From Phoronis australis (Eukaryota; Animalia; Phoronida): a stretch of 64,000 bases of DNA. The stretch lies in NCBI GenBank assembly GCA_002633005.1, contig NMRA01000270.1, forward strand, positions 146,345-210,344. Reading direction: 5' to 3'. How positions within the stretch are numbered: the stretch's first letter is position 1; each line of letters begins with the position of its first letter. Positions 26,543 to 40,200 of this stretch are shown piece after piece. The notes under the pieces were generated by a model. The model had not been told where the DNA came from, made no database searches, and saw only the letters and a program-made list of their open reading frames with translations. A program made the position numbers and the translations under genes.

Positions 26543-27003
26543 TTAAAATCGCGTCAATAAGAAGGTAAGAGCGGTCAATATGGAGATTTATTGACACTCG
26601 CATATGAGTTTATAACTCCATAATCTGTCCGAATCATATAATAAATGTTTCTTAAAAACTGTAAAATATAAATCAGCAGGTGATTGTAAACCTTCCTCAA
26701 TGAATAGCTCTTCCCATCGTTACTCTGTTCGAACGGTTAAAATGGTCAGTGACTTTCAATACACGTCATTCGAGATAACTTCAGCCTACGCGCGCACACT
26801 GACTGTGCTGACGCATGTTTCAATCACATATTACAATGACCAATGGCGTTTGTCATTTATTTTGCATTTGGTATGACCATAAAACGTGATGTCTTTTCCA
26901 GAATATAATAAACTGCTCCTTTGCGTATTCCAAGCGTCTGGAAGTCGGTTTCTCAAAATTCCCCACAACGCTTTGATTAAAAATTTTCTACATTTTGGCC
27001 TAA

Positions 27004-27341
27004 AGCTGCATTCTAGTGCGGTCCTGTTTACCTAACGAAAGCCGAATAGGTATTTTACTCTCATGAAATCGGTTTCATATTATTCCTTGCCATGATAGAA
27101 TTCTATTTCCGATACTAAACAGAACATCAAACCATTACAGACTCAAGAAAACGCTTCCGGACTTATTGCGTTGTCCAACCCCAAAACTGCGAATTCCAAC
27201 TTGGAGTAGGGCCTACGCATTCCCTGAGAACTGAGTTGGCAACGGAAACAGAATCACAGTAATGTTTTGAGGTCGATTTTATGAGAGTAAAAGGCGTAAT
27301 TCGACTATCGTATGGTCGGCTGAACAGGGTGAAATGTAGCT
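27004..27341. mobile_element. Palindromic MITE, Kolobok-like ends
   Basis: ctaa|AGCTGCATT...AATGTAGCT|ttaa; long imperfect inverted arms (ttttactctcatgaaatcg / cgattttatgagagtaaaa). Confidence 0.55.
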
Positions 27342-28650
27342 TTAAGTATTACATTTATGCGAGGACATAGACATGCACGTCCTCATCTGGTCTCCTATTG
27401 CACCATTTGGGTAGTTCCTCAGTTTTCTTTGGGATGTGTCGTTTCGCCATTTTCCTTGGTGCCACTCGCTAACCCTCTTTGGCATTCGTGATATGAGTGA
27501 TAAGATCACCAACTGTGTTTGTTGCGTGTATTGGTATTCCTTTGTCTTAAAGAGCTTTCATGTCAGCTTCATGTACTCACTGCACGTTAACACCACTTCA
27601 TGTTAATTTTTCTATTTTTAACTCAACCCCTGATATCCATATTTCATGCATCCGTTTGCCTTTTATCTGTTGTGGAGTTGTTTTTGTCTATGCCCTCTTT
27701 ATTCATTAGGGTAGCGGTTTTCTATCCCAATCTTTCCAAAGACTACTTTGTTGTATTATTTCCATTGTTGCGCCATCATAAATGACCATTGTCGCTGCCC
27801 ATTTCTCCGTTTTATCCCTGAAGCAACGAAGCTTCGCTGCTGACGCACGGTCTATGTATTACGGGACATATGTCGAACATAAATTTATAAATGTTATTGT
27901 TTTGTACATATTTGGCTAAATGTAAAAACATGGTAATAAGGTCACTCACAACGTTGAGAATTCAAGATAGTGAATAAGCAAAGCTGGGTTCCTGATATTT
28001 TCTGTGTTCACTTAAGAATTCAACATTAACAGCAAAACAGCGGCGAGGTAGCTATAACAGTTAATCATTGATTATTAAACTGAAGGATCATATGTCAAGT
28101 GCAACAAACACATATCTCTATTCCAATGCTGCCATCGTCTCTGAATTGAATTTTCTAATCTCAAATGCAGTCTCTTTCTCAGTTTCTTTTCATTCCAGAC
28201 GTCGTGAGAAAATTAAAGAGCCCCAGTACTGGGGGCGAGACCGCCTCGATAGCTCGTGATCTAGTCCACGGGATTCACCAAAAAGTGCCAAGCAACATGT
28301 CAAAATTGACATTTCGTGAGTAGACTCTACGCTCAAAAATAGTTCGTCGTAAAGACACTATATTGGTAAGAGAAGGAACAGGGCGGAGGAAAGTTATCAG
28401 AATCATAATTGCATTGCTTTTGATACCGTCTGATACCGCGTGTGGCGGATACACGTGGATACAATCTGACCGGATATGAGTAAGATGATACACGCTTAAG
28501 TGTTGACTTACGAAGTAAATCGTAAGAACACTACCACTTTTTTTGCGAAGGAGTACCATGAGTCCATTTGTTGACGCAAAATAACTTCGAGAAAATGGAC
28601 GTTTCTGTAAGAACTCCCAGAACATATCCGGAAATCCCTGGTATGTAAGA

Positions 28651-30070
28651 TACTACAGCTCGTGGCAAAGTGGTTCGCAGGTCTTGCATTTTGATGATTT
28701 TTCTAACATTTTATAAAAAAATTGGTAAGGCTCCCGTCAAAACTGCATACAGGACATTAGTTAATAGCGGATATAAAAGGCGCGCGTTCTCTCTCGGAGA
28801 AGTGTCACTTTTATTTCCATTACAGACTACGTATCACAATGAAACTGGTCTCAACTCGGTCATTCCTTGAGTTTCTGGACGAGACGTGCGTAAGAGCAGC
28901 TAGGCTCGGCGCGTGAAATGAGTGCCGTGAAAAGCCAACCTACTGTTGAATCTTATCTTAAGTAATAAAGAGCTACGCATCCTTTAGAAGCCCGCATGAA
29001 ATGTCCTCTATTCGAATAAGGAGCAATTTGAGATCAATGATGCCAAGTTTATAGTAAGGACTGTACTACTAGTTTTAGTTTCAGCTATAGATGGCGCTAG
29101 CAGCGTTCCGGTCAGTCAGTCTTAAAACTGTCGTCTGAACAGTGCTGTAAGTAGGCGCCCAAAGCCCACCGCATCACTTTGAGGACCGAATGTAACTTCG
29201 GTGCGTAGGCGCTACGTTCAAATTCCAAAAGGGGGTTGGCTGCGCCTATAGTACATGCGCCTACGCCCCACTACAGCACTGCGTCTGAAGTCAATTGTAG
29301 TTAATATTAGTTCATTATTCCGCATGCGCTCACCCAGGGGGGGGGAGGGGGCTCGGGANTACTACAGCTCGTGGCAAAGTGGTTCGCAGGTCTTGCATTT
29401 TGATGATTTTTCTAACATTTTATAAAAAAATTGGTAAGGCTCCCGTCAAAACTGCATACAGGACATTAGTTAATAGCGGATATAAAAGGCGCGCGTTCTC
29501 TTTCGGAGAAGTGTCACTTTTATTTCCATTACAGACCACGTACCACAATGAAACTGGTCTCAACTCGGTCCTTCCTTGATTTCTGGACGAGACGTGCGTA
29601 AGAGCAGCTACGCTCGGCGCGTGAAATGAGTGCCGTGAAAAGCCAACCTACTGTTGAATCCTGTCTTAAGTAATAAAGAGCTACACATCCTTTAGAAGCC
29701 CGCATGAAATGTCCTCTATTCGAATAAGGAGCAATTTGAGATCAATGATGCCAAGTTTATAGTAAAGACTGTACTACTAGTTTTAGTTTCAGCTATAGAT
29801 GGCGCTAGCAGCGTTCCGGTCAGTCAGTCTTAAAACTGTCGTCTGAACAGTGCTGTAGTGGTAAAATTAGAGGTAAGTAGGCGCCCAAAGCCCACCGCAT
29901 CACTTTGAGGACCGAATGTAACTTCGGTGCGTAGGCGCTACGTTCAAATTCCAAAAGGTGGTTGGCTGCGCCTACAGTACATGCGCCTACGCCCCACTAC
30001 AGCACTGCGTCTGAAGTCAGTTGTAGTTAATATTAGTTCATTATTCCGCATGCGCTCACCCAGGGGGGGG
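28651..30070. repeat. ~700-bp near-identical direct duplication around a single N (29359), probable haplotype overlap
   Basis: 28651-~29345 is repeated at 29360-~30070 with scattered SNPs and one indel; both copies end in the same poly-G. Confidence 0.85.
29848..30007. mobile_element. hAT-like MITE with 8-bp TSD (second copy at 29140-29281 in the duplicated block)
   Basis: Perfect TIR CAGTGCTGTAGTGG / CCACTACAGCACTG; TSD CGTCTGAA on both sides. Confidence 0.8.
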
Positions 30071-30346
30071 GGGGGGGCNNNNNNNGGGAGGATCTAACGA
30101 GCCCCCCCCCCCTCCCCCCATTTGGTGAAGTGGGCAAAAAGATCCGGCGCTGAGAAACAAGAAGTCCGAGAAAATGAGACAAAAGACCACTAAACAAGCA
30201 CAAACGCAATTCACGGTGATGGCCCCGTTTTTTTTTGTTTTTTAAAATTTTCTTTGTTTTTTTAATCCGCACACTTTTTTGTTACCAAAAGGTCCACATC
30301 GTCAGGAATTCGAGCCTCCCCATATTGAAGGCTGCGTGCGCGCATG
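30049..30346. mobile_element. CATGCGCGCACCCAG-terminus MITE, copy 1
   Basis: TIR plus 5-bp TSD TTCCG; internal poly-G/poly-C tracts. Confidence 0.75.
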
Positions 30347-30930
30347 TTCCGTGTTTGTTTTACCATGCACTAACGTAGTGTCATAACGGAAAGTGGTGTA
30401 AGACAAAAGTTGTGACTTTTTGTCATCGAAAGCGAGTTCTAATTTTTTAATTTTGAAAGTGATGCTTGCTTCATGTAGCCGAGAAACATGCTGTGTTGGA
30501 CCGTCGTCATGGAAATGACTAAATAAAACATATGCAATAGCAAATTTTCAGACATGTTTTGTGTAATTATGTTGAACATCGAGTACAATAATTAGCAATG
30601 CATTCACAAAAAAACAAAGAAGGTTTCCGTTGCTGACCTCGATCAAATAGCCCGCCTCAGTCGTAACCATCGAATACGGAACTGTTCGTATATTGACGTC
30701 AATTTGTTATCCATGCTGTGACACTGATTTGTTCACGATTTAGTAAGTCAATAAAGAAATCCTTTATATGGCCGACATTTCTAAGGAAATGTTGGACAAC
30801 TACTCTTCTTTATTTCTTTGTTTGATTGTTTCATTTGCGTTCCTTTCATAGTGTTCAAAAACAACTGCAACAATTAAGTTACTCATTGAACATTGGATTG
30901 ACCGCGCCGATTCCGACGGTTGAACCGCCT

Positions 30931-31081
30931 CCCGTTCAGTCTGAACGCTAGGACATCGCTAAACAGCAAGACTTCGCGAGATGACGTGAGATATTGCCGT
31001 GCACTTTAAATAAGAACACGTGACTTTGACTAGGTTTTAGCTAAGTCCTAGCGTAGGTCCTAGCGTCTACTGAACGCACGC
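30931..31081. mobile_element. Short interspersed MITE (second copy ~55446-55588)
   Basis: Two dispersed similar copies; inverted ends cgttcagt..aacgctaggac / gtcctagcgt.tactgaacg. Confidence 0.6.
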
Positions 31082-33138
31082 CCGGTTGAGGCAACTGACT
31101 GGTTCTCGATGACGGCTTCCGGCTTACAGGCCAATAAAATGTCTCAGCCGCTTGACCCGGCAGAACGGACGAAGTCAGTCTAGTGCAGCCAGCGTATCCA
31201 GGGGAAAGAGAATGTTGCTGGAAAACAACACCATATTTCAGAAGTTGATTCACCAGTAACATTTCCATCCGCACAGTAAAACTTACGTAAAGGAACACAA
31301 CCTGAAGAGTAAAGTCAAAAACACATAACAGAGCAACGACCATCGGCGATTTTCACTGTTCCCGTTTTCGATAACGGAATATTCCGTAACATAATGTTTC
31401 GTGTTTCACTTCTTTTCTGAACTGTTTTGAGGAGACTCATGAAGCAAAGCGCGAAATTGAGCGAATCTTGAAGCACATCAGAAAGCCCTAGGTCAACTTT
31501 GTCAGCAAAACTTATTCCGACTTGATGCTTTTCTTTTTATTGGCAAAATGTTGTTTCACATGGCTCAAACGAAAATGCTTTTAACTGTTCAAGAGCGGAC
31601 GTGATCTGATCATAACCGAATTGATTGACGCAAGACTGCATTTTGTACATTTAGAGAAAACCAATAAATCCTTTATAGTCTCCTAGTGCCTTCTTTTCAT
31701 TGAGTTGATTCGACAACAAACGGTTGAAATTAGGTTAAATTTCCTCTTCATTCTGGTTATTTGCAAATAATTCTAAGAAGCAGTCATGCAAACTAGACAT
31801 CAACAAACACGTGTGGTAAATATAGATTTTACAGCATCGGTATCTCACGATGTACCAAGTCTATTAGAGCAAGTCCGTGTATCTAAGCGATGTTTAATAC
31901 CGTGTTTTTTTAAACCTAACATTAATTTGAAAACTATCAAGTCTAATTGACCTAATCGTCAGCGGGTAACATTGGTACCCATCACATTCCTATTACTCCA
32001 TGTATAGCAGCTCTTACGTAGGGCCGTACTCAAGTACCATTTTTACCGGAACTCAAGTATATATTGAAGCTGCTATAAACTTGTGCTAAAAACGTCAGAT
32101 TTCTTCTCAGGCGTATTTGCTCGTCCAAAGGAACGTCGCCGCTTTTGTTTGTAATTAGAATTGGTTACAACAAATCTCCTGGCAATCCCCGGACGTCCAT
32201 ACAGCCTTGTTGACAGACACTAACCACTATGGCACGTCACGTACTGGGCCTCGTATGAAGCAACAACGACGTGTCATTCAGTTTCATCTCAAGCTCATCT
32301 GTTGATATTGAAGTGACCCAAGTCGAAAGTTGGTTTTTGACATAGAGCACAGGCTTATAGTCTTTTAAGATAATACACCAAAAGTACTGGAACACGTGCC
32401 CAACACTTTAAATTAGCTTCGTAACTGGTAGCCTATTTAGGTGCTTTGAGAACAGTGAAGTGTCCCGCGGTATAATCGGCGACAGATACCACAGGTTTAT
32501 GTATAATCGATAACATGTCTTTGAATAATGAGCTTTAGTTTGCTCAGTTTGGTGAAAGTGCAGAGAAAGTTGTGGGATTACAGAATTATGCAAACGCGTC
32601 AGGTTAAGTACCTCTTCGCAATAGTCATTATTTTCACGAGTGTTCAAAGTACAGACTACGCTTTAGGAGGGGACCAGGGGGTGCTGTTAGCGTACGCTTT
32701 TACGTCATAAAAATAAATGCAAAAAGACTAAATTCTGCGCTATTTTTAAATATATTGCTTTTTGGTGTCCTTGAAATGTGACGAAACAACGAACATGAGA
32801 AATTCTGCCAGATTACGGGCTTTCGCTGAAAATACACGCCCATATCGCGCGGAATCTCGTAGGATTTTGCTTTTCGCGAGACAATAGCGTTACTGAACGC
32901 TAATCAGATCTGTAAAAATATCAAACTTTTATACTCCATCAGAGCAGAGGGACATCAGTTATATTAAAGAAACAACTAGTCTCCACAGTCATGGCTTATA
33001 TTCCACAAAGCAGTCAAATTCTACAGAGCAAACATAACAATATTTTCTCAAAGGTAAACTTCTCGTCTTTATAATTGTTCTCATGAAATAAATAACCTAA
33101 ACCAGGAAGAATTCAATTACACCTTTTATGCATATTAA

Positions 33139-33963
33139 AGGAGAATGCCACCCGATTTACTTTTTTTACCGTCTTAATCGGTCTATATCCACATCACATC
33201 GTATACGGTCGATTTCACCTCGCCGAGAGGTCTCGCGTTAACCTGTGAGAAAGGTGAGAACACGGCGCAGAGACGTCAGTGGTTCTTCGGCCCAGTTTGT
33301 ATCGCTACGGTGTGGCGTTTTTGCGGCGTTTTTACCAAAATATTCACATGCACATCATTTCTTTGGTTGAATAATCTAGCTTTTTCGTGACTGGAAGTTT
33401 AATTAGTTGGCAGCCGACAAACCCGGCTGGTTTACGTTCGTAATGTCTCCAGTCCGGCCGTCGGCCGGCGACAGGCCACTGCGTTACAACGAGCGTTTTG
33501 TGTGCAAGTCTAAAATTACAACACACGGTTATGCTCCCTTGTCTGTAATTCTCGGAAGAATAATTCTAATTTATCACCGAACAGATCCAAACTTCCCGCG
33601 ACCGATCTCGGTAAGTTGGCTTACTCAACTTTGTCGGCTAATGTCAGTTTAAAATTTCTATAAATCCGTAACAGCGAATCAAAACAACCCATTTATTTAA
33701 AAACGCAATGTATTCGTAAGGGTTTTGCAGCGAAATTTGCTGATTTATTGGTGTAATGCGATGAAGTCAAGCGATAAAGTTGACACCAGTAAGCGTGTTG
33801 TGAACAGCTGAACAGACTGTGTTAGAACCTGTGACGTCATTGGTTAATTTCAGCACCTGCGTCTGCCATCAGGTGCCAGGTAGAAGAACCGAACTTGTTC
33901 TTATCGAGTGGAACTACTCGAACTAAACTGATAGAAAGTATATTGTTTTAGTGGCATTCTCCT
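33139..33963. mobile_element. Non-autonomous Kolobok-like element just 3' of the TH stop codon
   Basis: Perfect 13-bp TIR AGGAGAATGCCAC / GTGGCATTCTCCT; flanks TTAA and TTAT. Confidence 0.75.
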
Positions 33964-34078
33964 TTATCTGCAAGGCTACGTTGTATCACAACATTATGAC
34001 ATCATTGCACGTTATCCATTGCAGACCATCCACTAACTACCCAAGCATTATGGCGCCAAACGATACCCACGGAGACTG

Positions 34079-34295
34079 TCAGTTGTTAACCGACTTGCTT
34101 GACATCCGTTTCTCGACGATAAAGTTGGAGACGGGGTTGTTCAGTTTGCACAGAGCAGTGTTCAGGTGATCAAGTTCAGCTTTGAGAACGTTGGTGATGT
34201 CCCGGATGACTAATTTGTTATCTAAGAGCTGTACTGTCTGAGTGAAAGGGTCATAGCGAACTTCATAGGGGCGCTTGATTTGCGCTGCGTAGTTC
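34079..34295 (-). CDS. TH: TH exon 11 ([25 protein letters not shown]...[25 protein letters not shown]), tetramerisation helix
   Basis: Acceptor catgcag|G; RP..VRYDPFT motif; TGA at 34081-34079. Confidence 0.93.
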
Positions 34296-37200
34296 CTGCA
34301 TGAAAGAATATTCGTTTAAATATATGAAGGTGTAGGGAAGCAGAAAAATGTCCACATTTGTCTAACGCCATAAATTATCAGCAATGGCATTATGGTGGGA
34401 GTAATTGTATTCATATGAAGCTTTGAGATATTATACTTCTGGGATTGTTCTCCACAAAATTGTTTTAAATTGTTCCATTTTGGACGAGGGGCTATAAAAA
34501 TGACGTTTATGATTTTCATGAAAAAATCAAAAGTTCAAACGAAACGAAATGATAGTTTGGAAAATTTTAACAGCGTTTTTGAGACTTAATTTTGAAGATG
34601 TTATTGCTATCAATGTACTTTTCTTTTCTGTCATTGTTTTCTGAATGGACATGGTCACGTGATCTAATCAATGGCAGGTTGGTAAAAAGTCAAAAATCGA
34701 TTTCAGTTAAGGTTACGTAGGAACCCTAGGAAAATAATCAAGTCGAGCTGCTGCTTGATCTACGTATTACCTGTCTGAAGGAAATCGTTAGATCTTTCAG
34801 GTTCATCAGTTTCCCTCGAGAGCCAGGCAGATTGGAAGACTTTGCCTCAAAAGGACCCAACACCGATCAGTGTCCATGAGTCAGGTAGACGGATCGCGCA
34901 ATGGGCTGATCTGTTCAGTGGCTTAGGCCTGCCCTGTACACCTGCTTACTTTTTATTTTAGCGTCTTCCGTGACATGTAACTTAGCGTTTTGTTTTTGGC
35001 TTCCCCGAATGTTGTGACAAATTATAATAGGAAATTTAACATTCCATTTCTCATAACTTGTTAAAAGGATACCAAACCCGGTTTTGGCCTATTAACAGAT
35101 CATAAAAACGACTTTGCCATCCAGTTCTTTGAATCAAACTAATGCTCTATAACCCGTTGACAACCCTCAAATGCTTGGAGAAAAATTTGAAAGCTCCGTC
35201 CAAAGTTTGCTAAACGGGCAAGCGTGACTGCGCTTTTACCGAATTACAAGCACACTGTTGGAAAAGACCACCCACCAAAGACCACAATGTCCAATGTGTG
35301 GCATAGGGAGTATGAGTTTTTAGTTGATTCCTGCCATTTAAAGAATTAACAATGACTACCTGACTTTCTGTTTCATATCGTCAAACGATTCGGACACGAA
35401 GTAGATAGGTTGGTAGTCTTCGTCCTGGTACTCCTGAAGAGCAGTCGTATTCGGTTCGAAGATTCTCCTCTCAGGCTTGTCTGACAGGGCGTGTTTCAGC
35501 TCTCCGTAAGATGAAAGGAGGCCCGCACCACACGCCTTCACTTGACCGTTCTGCTTGATCAGACCGAACTCAACCGTGAACCAATATAACTGGAAAAACG
35601 ATATTGCATATATTGTCAACGCTCAGTGACAATGGCCCCGCGTTTATTTTGCTGCTTTAGGATAGGTGCGTGCGCAAATGCGGTAATGCAATTCAAGGAA
35701 GCGTTCAATGGCCAACGGTGGGGTCTCGCTACAAAAGCAAAATCTCGTGGGACTACGAGAGATGTCGCCGAGTATTTCAATGCGAATACGTGATTTTGGC
35801 TAGATTTTTCTCGCCACCAGAGTTATTAAACTCGACTCAGTGCTAACGTTGGTTCCACCTAGGTGCTTCCACATACAGCAACGAAACCATCACATTCTGC
35901 TGAAAGAAATTCTCCGAAGATGCATTTTATGAAATAGGAGAACTGTTATTAAAAAATGAACAATCATTCTCTGATATCTAAAACCGTAGATGACGATCAG
36001 CAAAAACTGAATCTAAAATTCAACAAGACGTTGTCGCCAATTCATTCATGCGCGCACCCGGGGGGGGGGCTCGTTCGAGCCCCCCCCCCCATTTGGCGAA
36101 GTGGGCACAACGGTCCGCCCACGAATGACAAAATGTCCGAGAAAATGGGACAAAATTTCCCTAAATAAGCGCAAGCGCGCAATTCACAGTGGTGCTCCCC
36201 ATATTGAAGCTGGGTGCGTGCATGTCATTGTGTTACTCAGCATGCACATGTAGCCATACGTGTACTCATAATTAATTTTTTTGAAATGTCTAAGTAACTA
36301 GCTATTGTCAACCCAAAAAGTATATATTTTCTGAAACTAGTTGTAGAGACAAATCTATTCATATCATGCACAACACCGCGTCATTCTCGTGGTTCGGTGC
36401 AGACCGTGCAAACTAAGTTTGACTTCTACCCAGCGAGGAATCTAGTCTTGCATGCAATCGGCTTACTCGCGTCCTTCATCTTGCATTAGCATGGCACAAT
36501 TTTTCCTTCACAGTCTATAAGGCATAACAATTAAGAAAGAAATATTCCGAACTTTGAAATGATACTACAGACAGCTGATTCACTCTGCAGAATGTGTGGA
36601 TTGACACACAATTATAGGGCTTTCACTGTGTGAAACTGAATTTATTGGAAAACTTCACATGTTTTGCTGCATGCACAACTTAGTATTTTTAAAATATTAT
36701 TTTTTTTATGAAAATGGGTCACACATAACCTGAACTTATTGAAGTTGTCTAGTCGGCGGACTACATTTAGTTACGACAATGACGATACCACGGACACAAT
36801 AGATTTTCCATACCGTGGCAAAACGTTCTATGTCTTCATCGGAGGCACCGAGAGAAGCCAAGCCAATTTCTTGGGAAAACTGAGCAAAAGTAGAATCAGC
36901 AAGGAGGGGCACGTGACCCAGTAACTCGTGTATGCAGTCTCTGGAATTAAAGATAAGAAAAGGCCGTGATTACGGTAAAGGTCGGGTCAACGCAGGCGTA
37001 ATCTCCACAACAGTGTGGACTACCATTCGAGACCTCGAAGCAGACCATGAGAATCAAATTGGAACAAAAGCGAACATCATAGTATCCAAAATTTCATGTT
37101 GGAAATATTTCTGTTGTGTTCGTAACAAAATTTCTGCAGGCTGTTTTTCCTCACGCTACAGGGACGGATCCGTGAATTTTAGGTGGCGGGTTAGATCACT

Positions 37201-40200
37201 GATGTGTCTATGCAAGGAAACTTGTTGCACGGAAGACGTTTTCATTCGACACGTGCCAGTCTCTAATATGCTGACGTTTTAGAACTCAACAATGATCACT
37301 TAGCTGACAAAAAACTTTGGGGTCATGGCCCCTCCCTAGGCTCTCTCTAGATCCGCCAGTGCCCTGTATATATTGGCCAGCTTCGACGTTCGTCCGTCTT
37401 CAAGCTTCGAACAGCTCAAATGGCCATCTTGAAGACGCCAACTGACGAGTGCTATTTTCAGGAATCTTCCTTGCAAAGACTTGCAGTCAATCTAGGTTAC
37501 ACCAAAAATGTTTTAACAGTTATCAGTGTTTTCTTTTAATGAAACAAAAACACGTACGGCTCTGGAGAGTGGTTAGGAGATGACGGATGTCTCACGTACT
37601 GGGTACATTGGAATACACGGTATGCCAAACTTGATAGGAAGTCACGGGCTGAGAGAAGGCCAGCTACAGGGCGTAGGCTGAAGCCAGTCCGTCCTGAAAC
37701 AGACCCAATATTAGCCATGATCGCTCAGAGTGGACGTAGACTGAGTTCAGCGACAGTGAAACACAGGTCGTAATCGCACTAACAGTATCTCAAATGAAGT
37801 GAGCTGTGGAAGGAAGATGCCATGGACGAAGGCAAAAAAGCCCGTCGCCTTATAGACGATTAACTTCGACCCGTTTAGCAATAAAAAGAAGCGTGAAAAA
37901 TGGGCTACTCCAAAAGTAGTACCTGCGACTTTGGGTTCTTTCTATTCTTCACGGACTATGCACCCTTGAGAAACCGACAGGTACCGTTACAACCGGGAAC
38001 TCATTTGCCAATTATTTTCTTTGCAATCACCCGTTTCGTTTGTTAGCTACACACTGATAGGAAATGTGGATGGGGAGACGGTGATCCCAATGTACTTAAA
38101 ATACGCACTCTTTAAGAAATTGGAAACGTCCTCCAGCTGCGGGATACGCTCTGGGCTGTATCCACACTCCTTTTCCAGCAGTTTGAAGACCTCCACGTGC
38201 TGACTACACGCATGAGTTGGGAACAAGCTGACAAGTTGGCGATACACTATACCCCTGAAACGCACAATATGACAATGTTTCTCGTTGGCCACATCGTATT
38301 TATGTCAAAATTTAAAAATGTAACAACGCGTGATTGTTGAATACTGTCAGCATCCTTATTTCAATTTCAATTTCATCTAATGCCATTTTACAATATATCA
38401 GTTCCGGGTGTTCCCCTAAGAGCAGACTACACCTTAGTAATCAAACATTGGCCCTTTAGACCCTGGAATAAAAGAGAACTCCAAATGTTTTTAGGACTTG
38501 TTGTTTATACTGTTTATGAACAGTCTGAGTCTCTCGAAACTGCTTCATTTCAACATCCTTTAACTGATTTTTAAGCGTATACACCCTTACAACGTCATGC
38601 AGCAGTGGTGCTGTGAAAGAGTTGGTGTACTGCGGCATAACGGGTGCGTTTCGGCGGTAGACGATAAAAACTCGAGAAAAAGAAAGATCACGCAAGACCA
38701 CACAAAATCACGCGTGTGTCGTGAGTTTGTTCGTGAGGTTGCTCGCGTACCTTAGCAAAGTGGTGGCCACTGAAGCAAATGACCGGTGAGTTGGAATGCT
38801 GAATTGTGAGATAGAATTCGCTATAAACGAGGCTTTCTCGCCAAGAGTGCTTCGCAGGTGTCTTGGATCTACGGAACGCACTCGAGGAAAGAACCGAAAA
38901 GGGGGATAATTTAATCCATTTGGGAGTGCTATAGATGTTCAACATACCAAGTTTTGACTTCGTCCTCCGCATAATGAACTCGCGGTATCGGCTGTCCCCT
39001 GAAAAAGCAAGAGTGTTACTTTCAAGTTAAAAAGCATAGATGGCTCTGTTTTTCAAAAAAAGAAAATTCACCGGAGACGAGCAAAAAATGACGTAAGATT
39101 TGATTTTTTTACCCATCGCACGGCGCTTCAAATCTTTCGTAGCCTCGCTCATGTGACTTTGGGCAGACCATGGCTGAAATTGATGCGGGCGGGCGTATTT
39201 TTTTAGTGAGTTTTCGACAGGATTCAATTTCCATCACCAACAAGAACATCAGCGACTCAAGAAAACCTTTCAGAGTTTATTAGTGATAGCCAACCCTAAC
39301 ATGGCAAAATTTGCAAATGACGCATACATGAACGTACTGTTGCGACTTGAAGTTGGCAGCGGAAATGTGGAAATGGAATGCTATCACACTAAGGACTGAC
39401 TTTGTGAGACTAAAAAGCATAATTCGATCTTAGTTTTCAGCCTTCTAAACAGGGCGAAACAAAGCTTTGATGAAATTAACAGCATTGCAAAAACACGTGA
39501 GGCAAGTCATTGATGTATGTGACATTGTTAACGTGAAAAACAACATTTACATATGGAATATTTTTGTAAATGTTTTTGAGAATTGATTTTAAACCACTTA
39601 CTGTTTGTATTCAAAGGCGACGTCTGCTATTACTTTTCTTCGTGCTCGGTATCCCTTGTCGGTAAACCCCTGTTGGAAAACCAAAATTTAAGGTTATTTC
39701 ATTTTTCACCGTCCACGTGCCATATCTGGCGCCGTATAATAACAAGGACCTCAGATTGTGACGATTCGCTACAGTGAGAAGTAAGGTGAACAGACAAGAA
39801 AATGGCATGTACATTGATTTTGAAATCTAATTAAAGCACTTGAAATACAGTGTACTTCACTCGTTGAATACGTTTGAAGAGAGTGAGCGGGCTATTTCTC
39901 CAGGCTGCTTTCCAGAACGGCCTCTCTCCAACAGAATTACGAAAGGGCAACGTGCGCAATCGAGATTGAACGATATGACGTCACGTACGTACACAGAAAC
40001 GAAAACCAAATCTTGTTGGATCGACTCGCCTTAATGACTGTTGTGTGGCTGAACGTTTGCGTATATGTTGTCATTAATTTCAATAAAGACAACAATCGAC
40101 GCTGTCAATCGCGATTAGCGGATATTCAACGACTTCAACTGTCACTTTAATTCAAATTAAGGCAATATGGTAGGTCTTTAAGCAGAACCATCCAAGAAAG

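Noticed and set aside
28651-30070. Duplicated 66-aa ORFs and ~700-bp repeat, considered as KolobokP-type long terminal direct repeats
   Set aside because: The junction is an N next to a poly-G; no TSD or internal region; differences look allelic.
23400-33100. Insulin/IGF-like gene next to TH, as in vertebrate TH-INS-IGF2 synteny
   Set aside because: No insulin B- or A-chain cysteine pattern was noticed; the search was by eye only.
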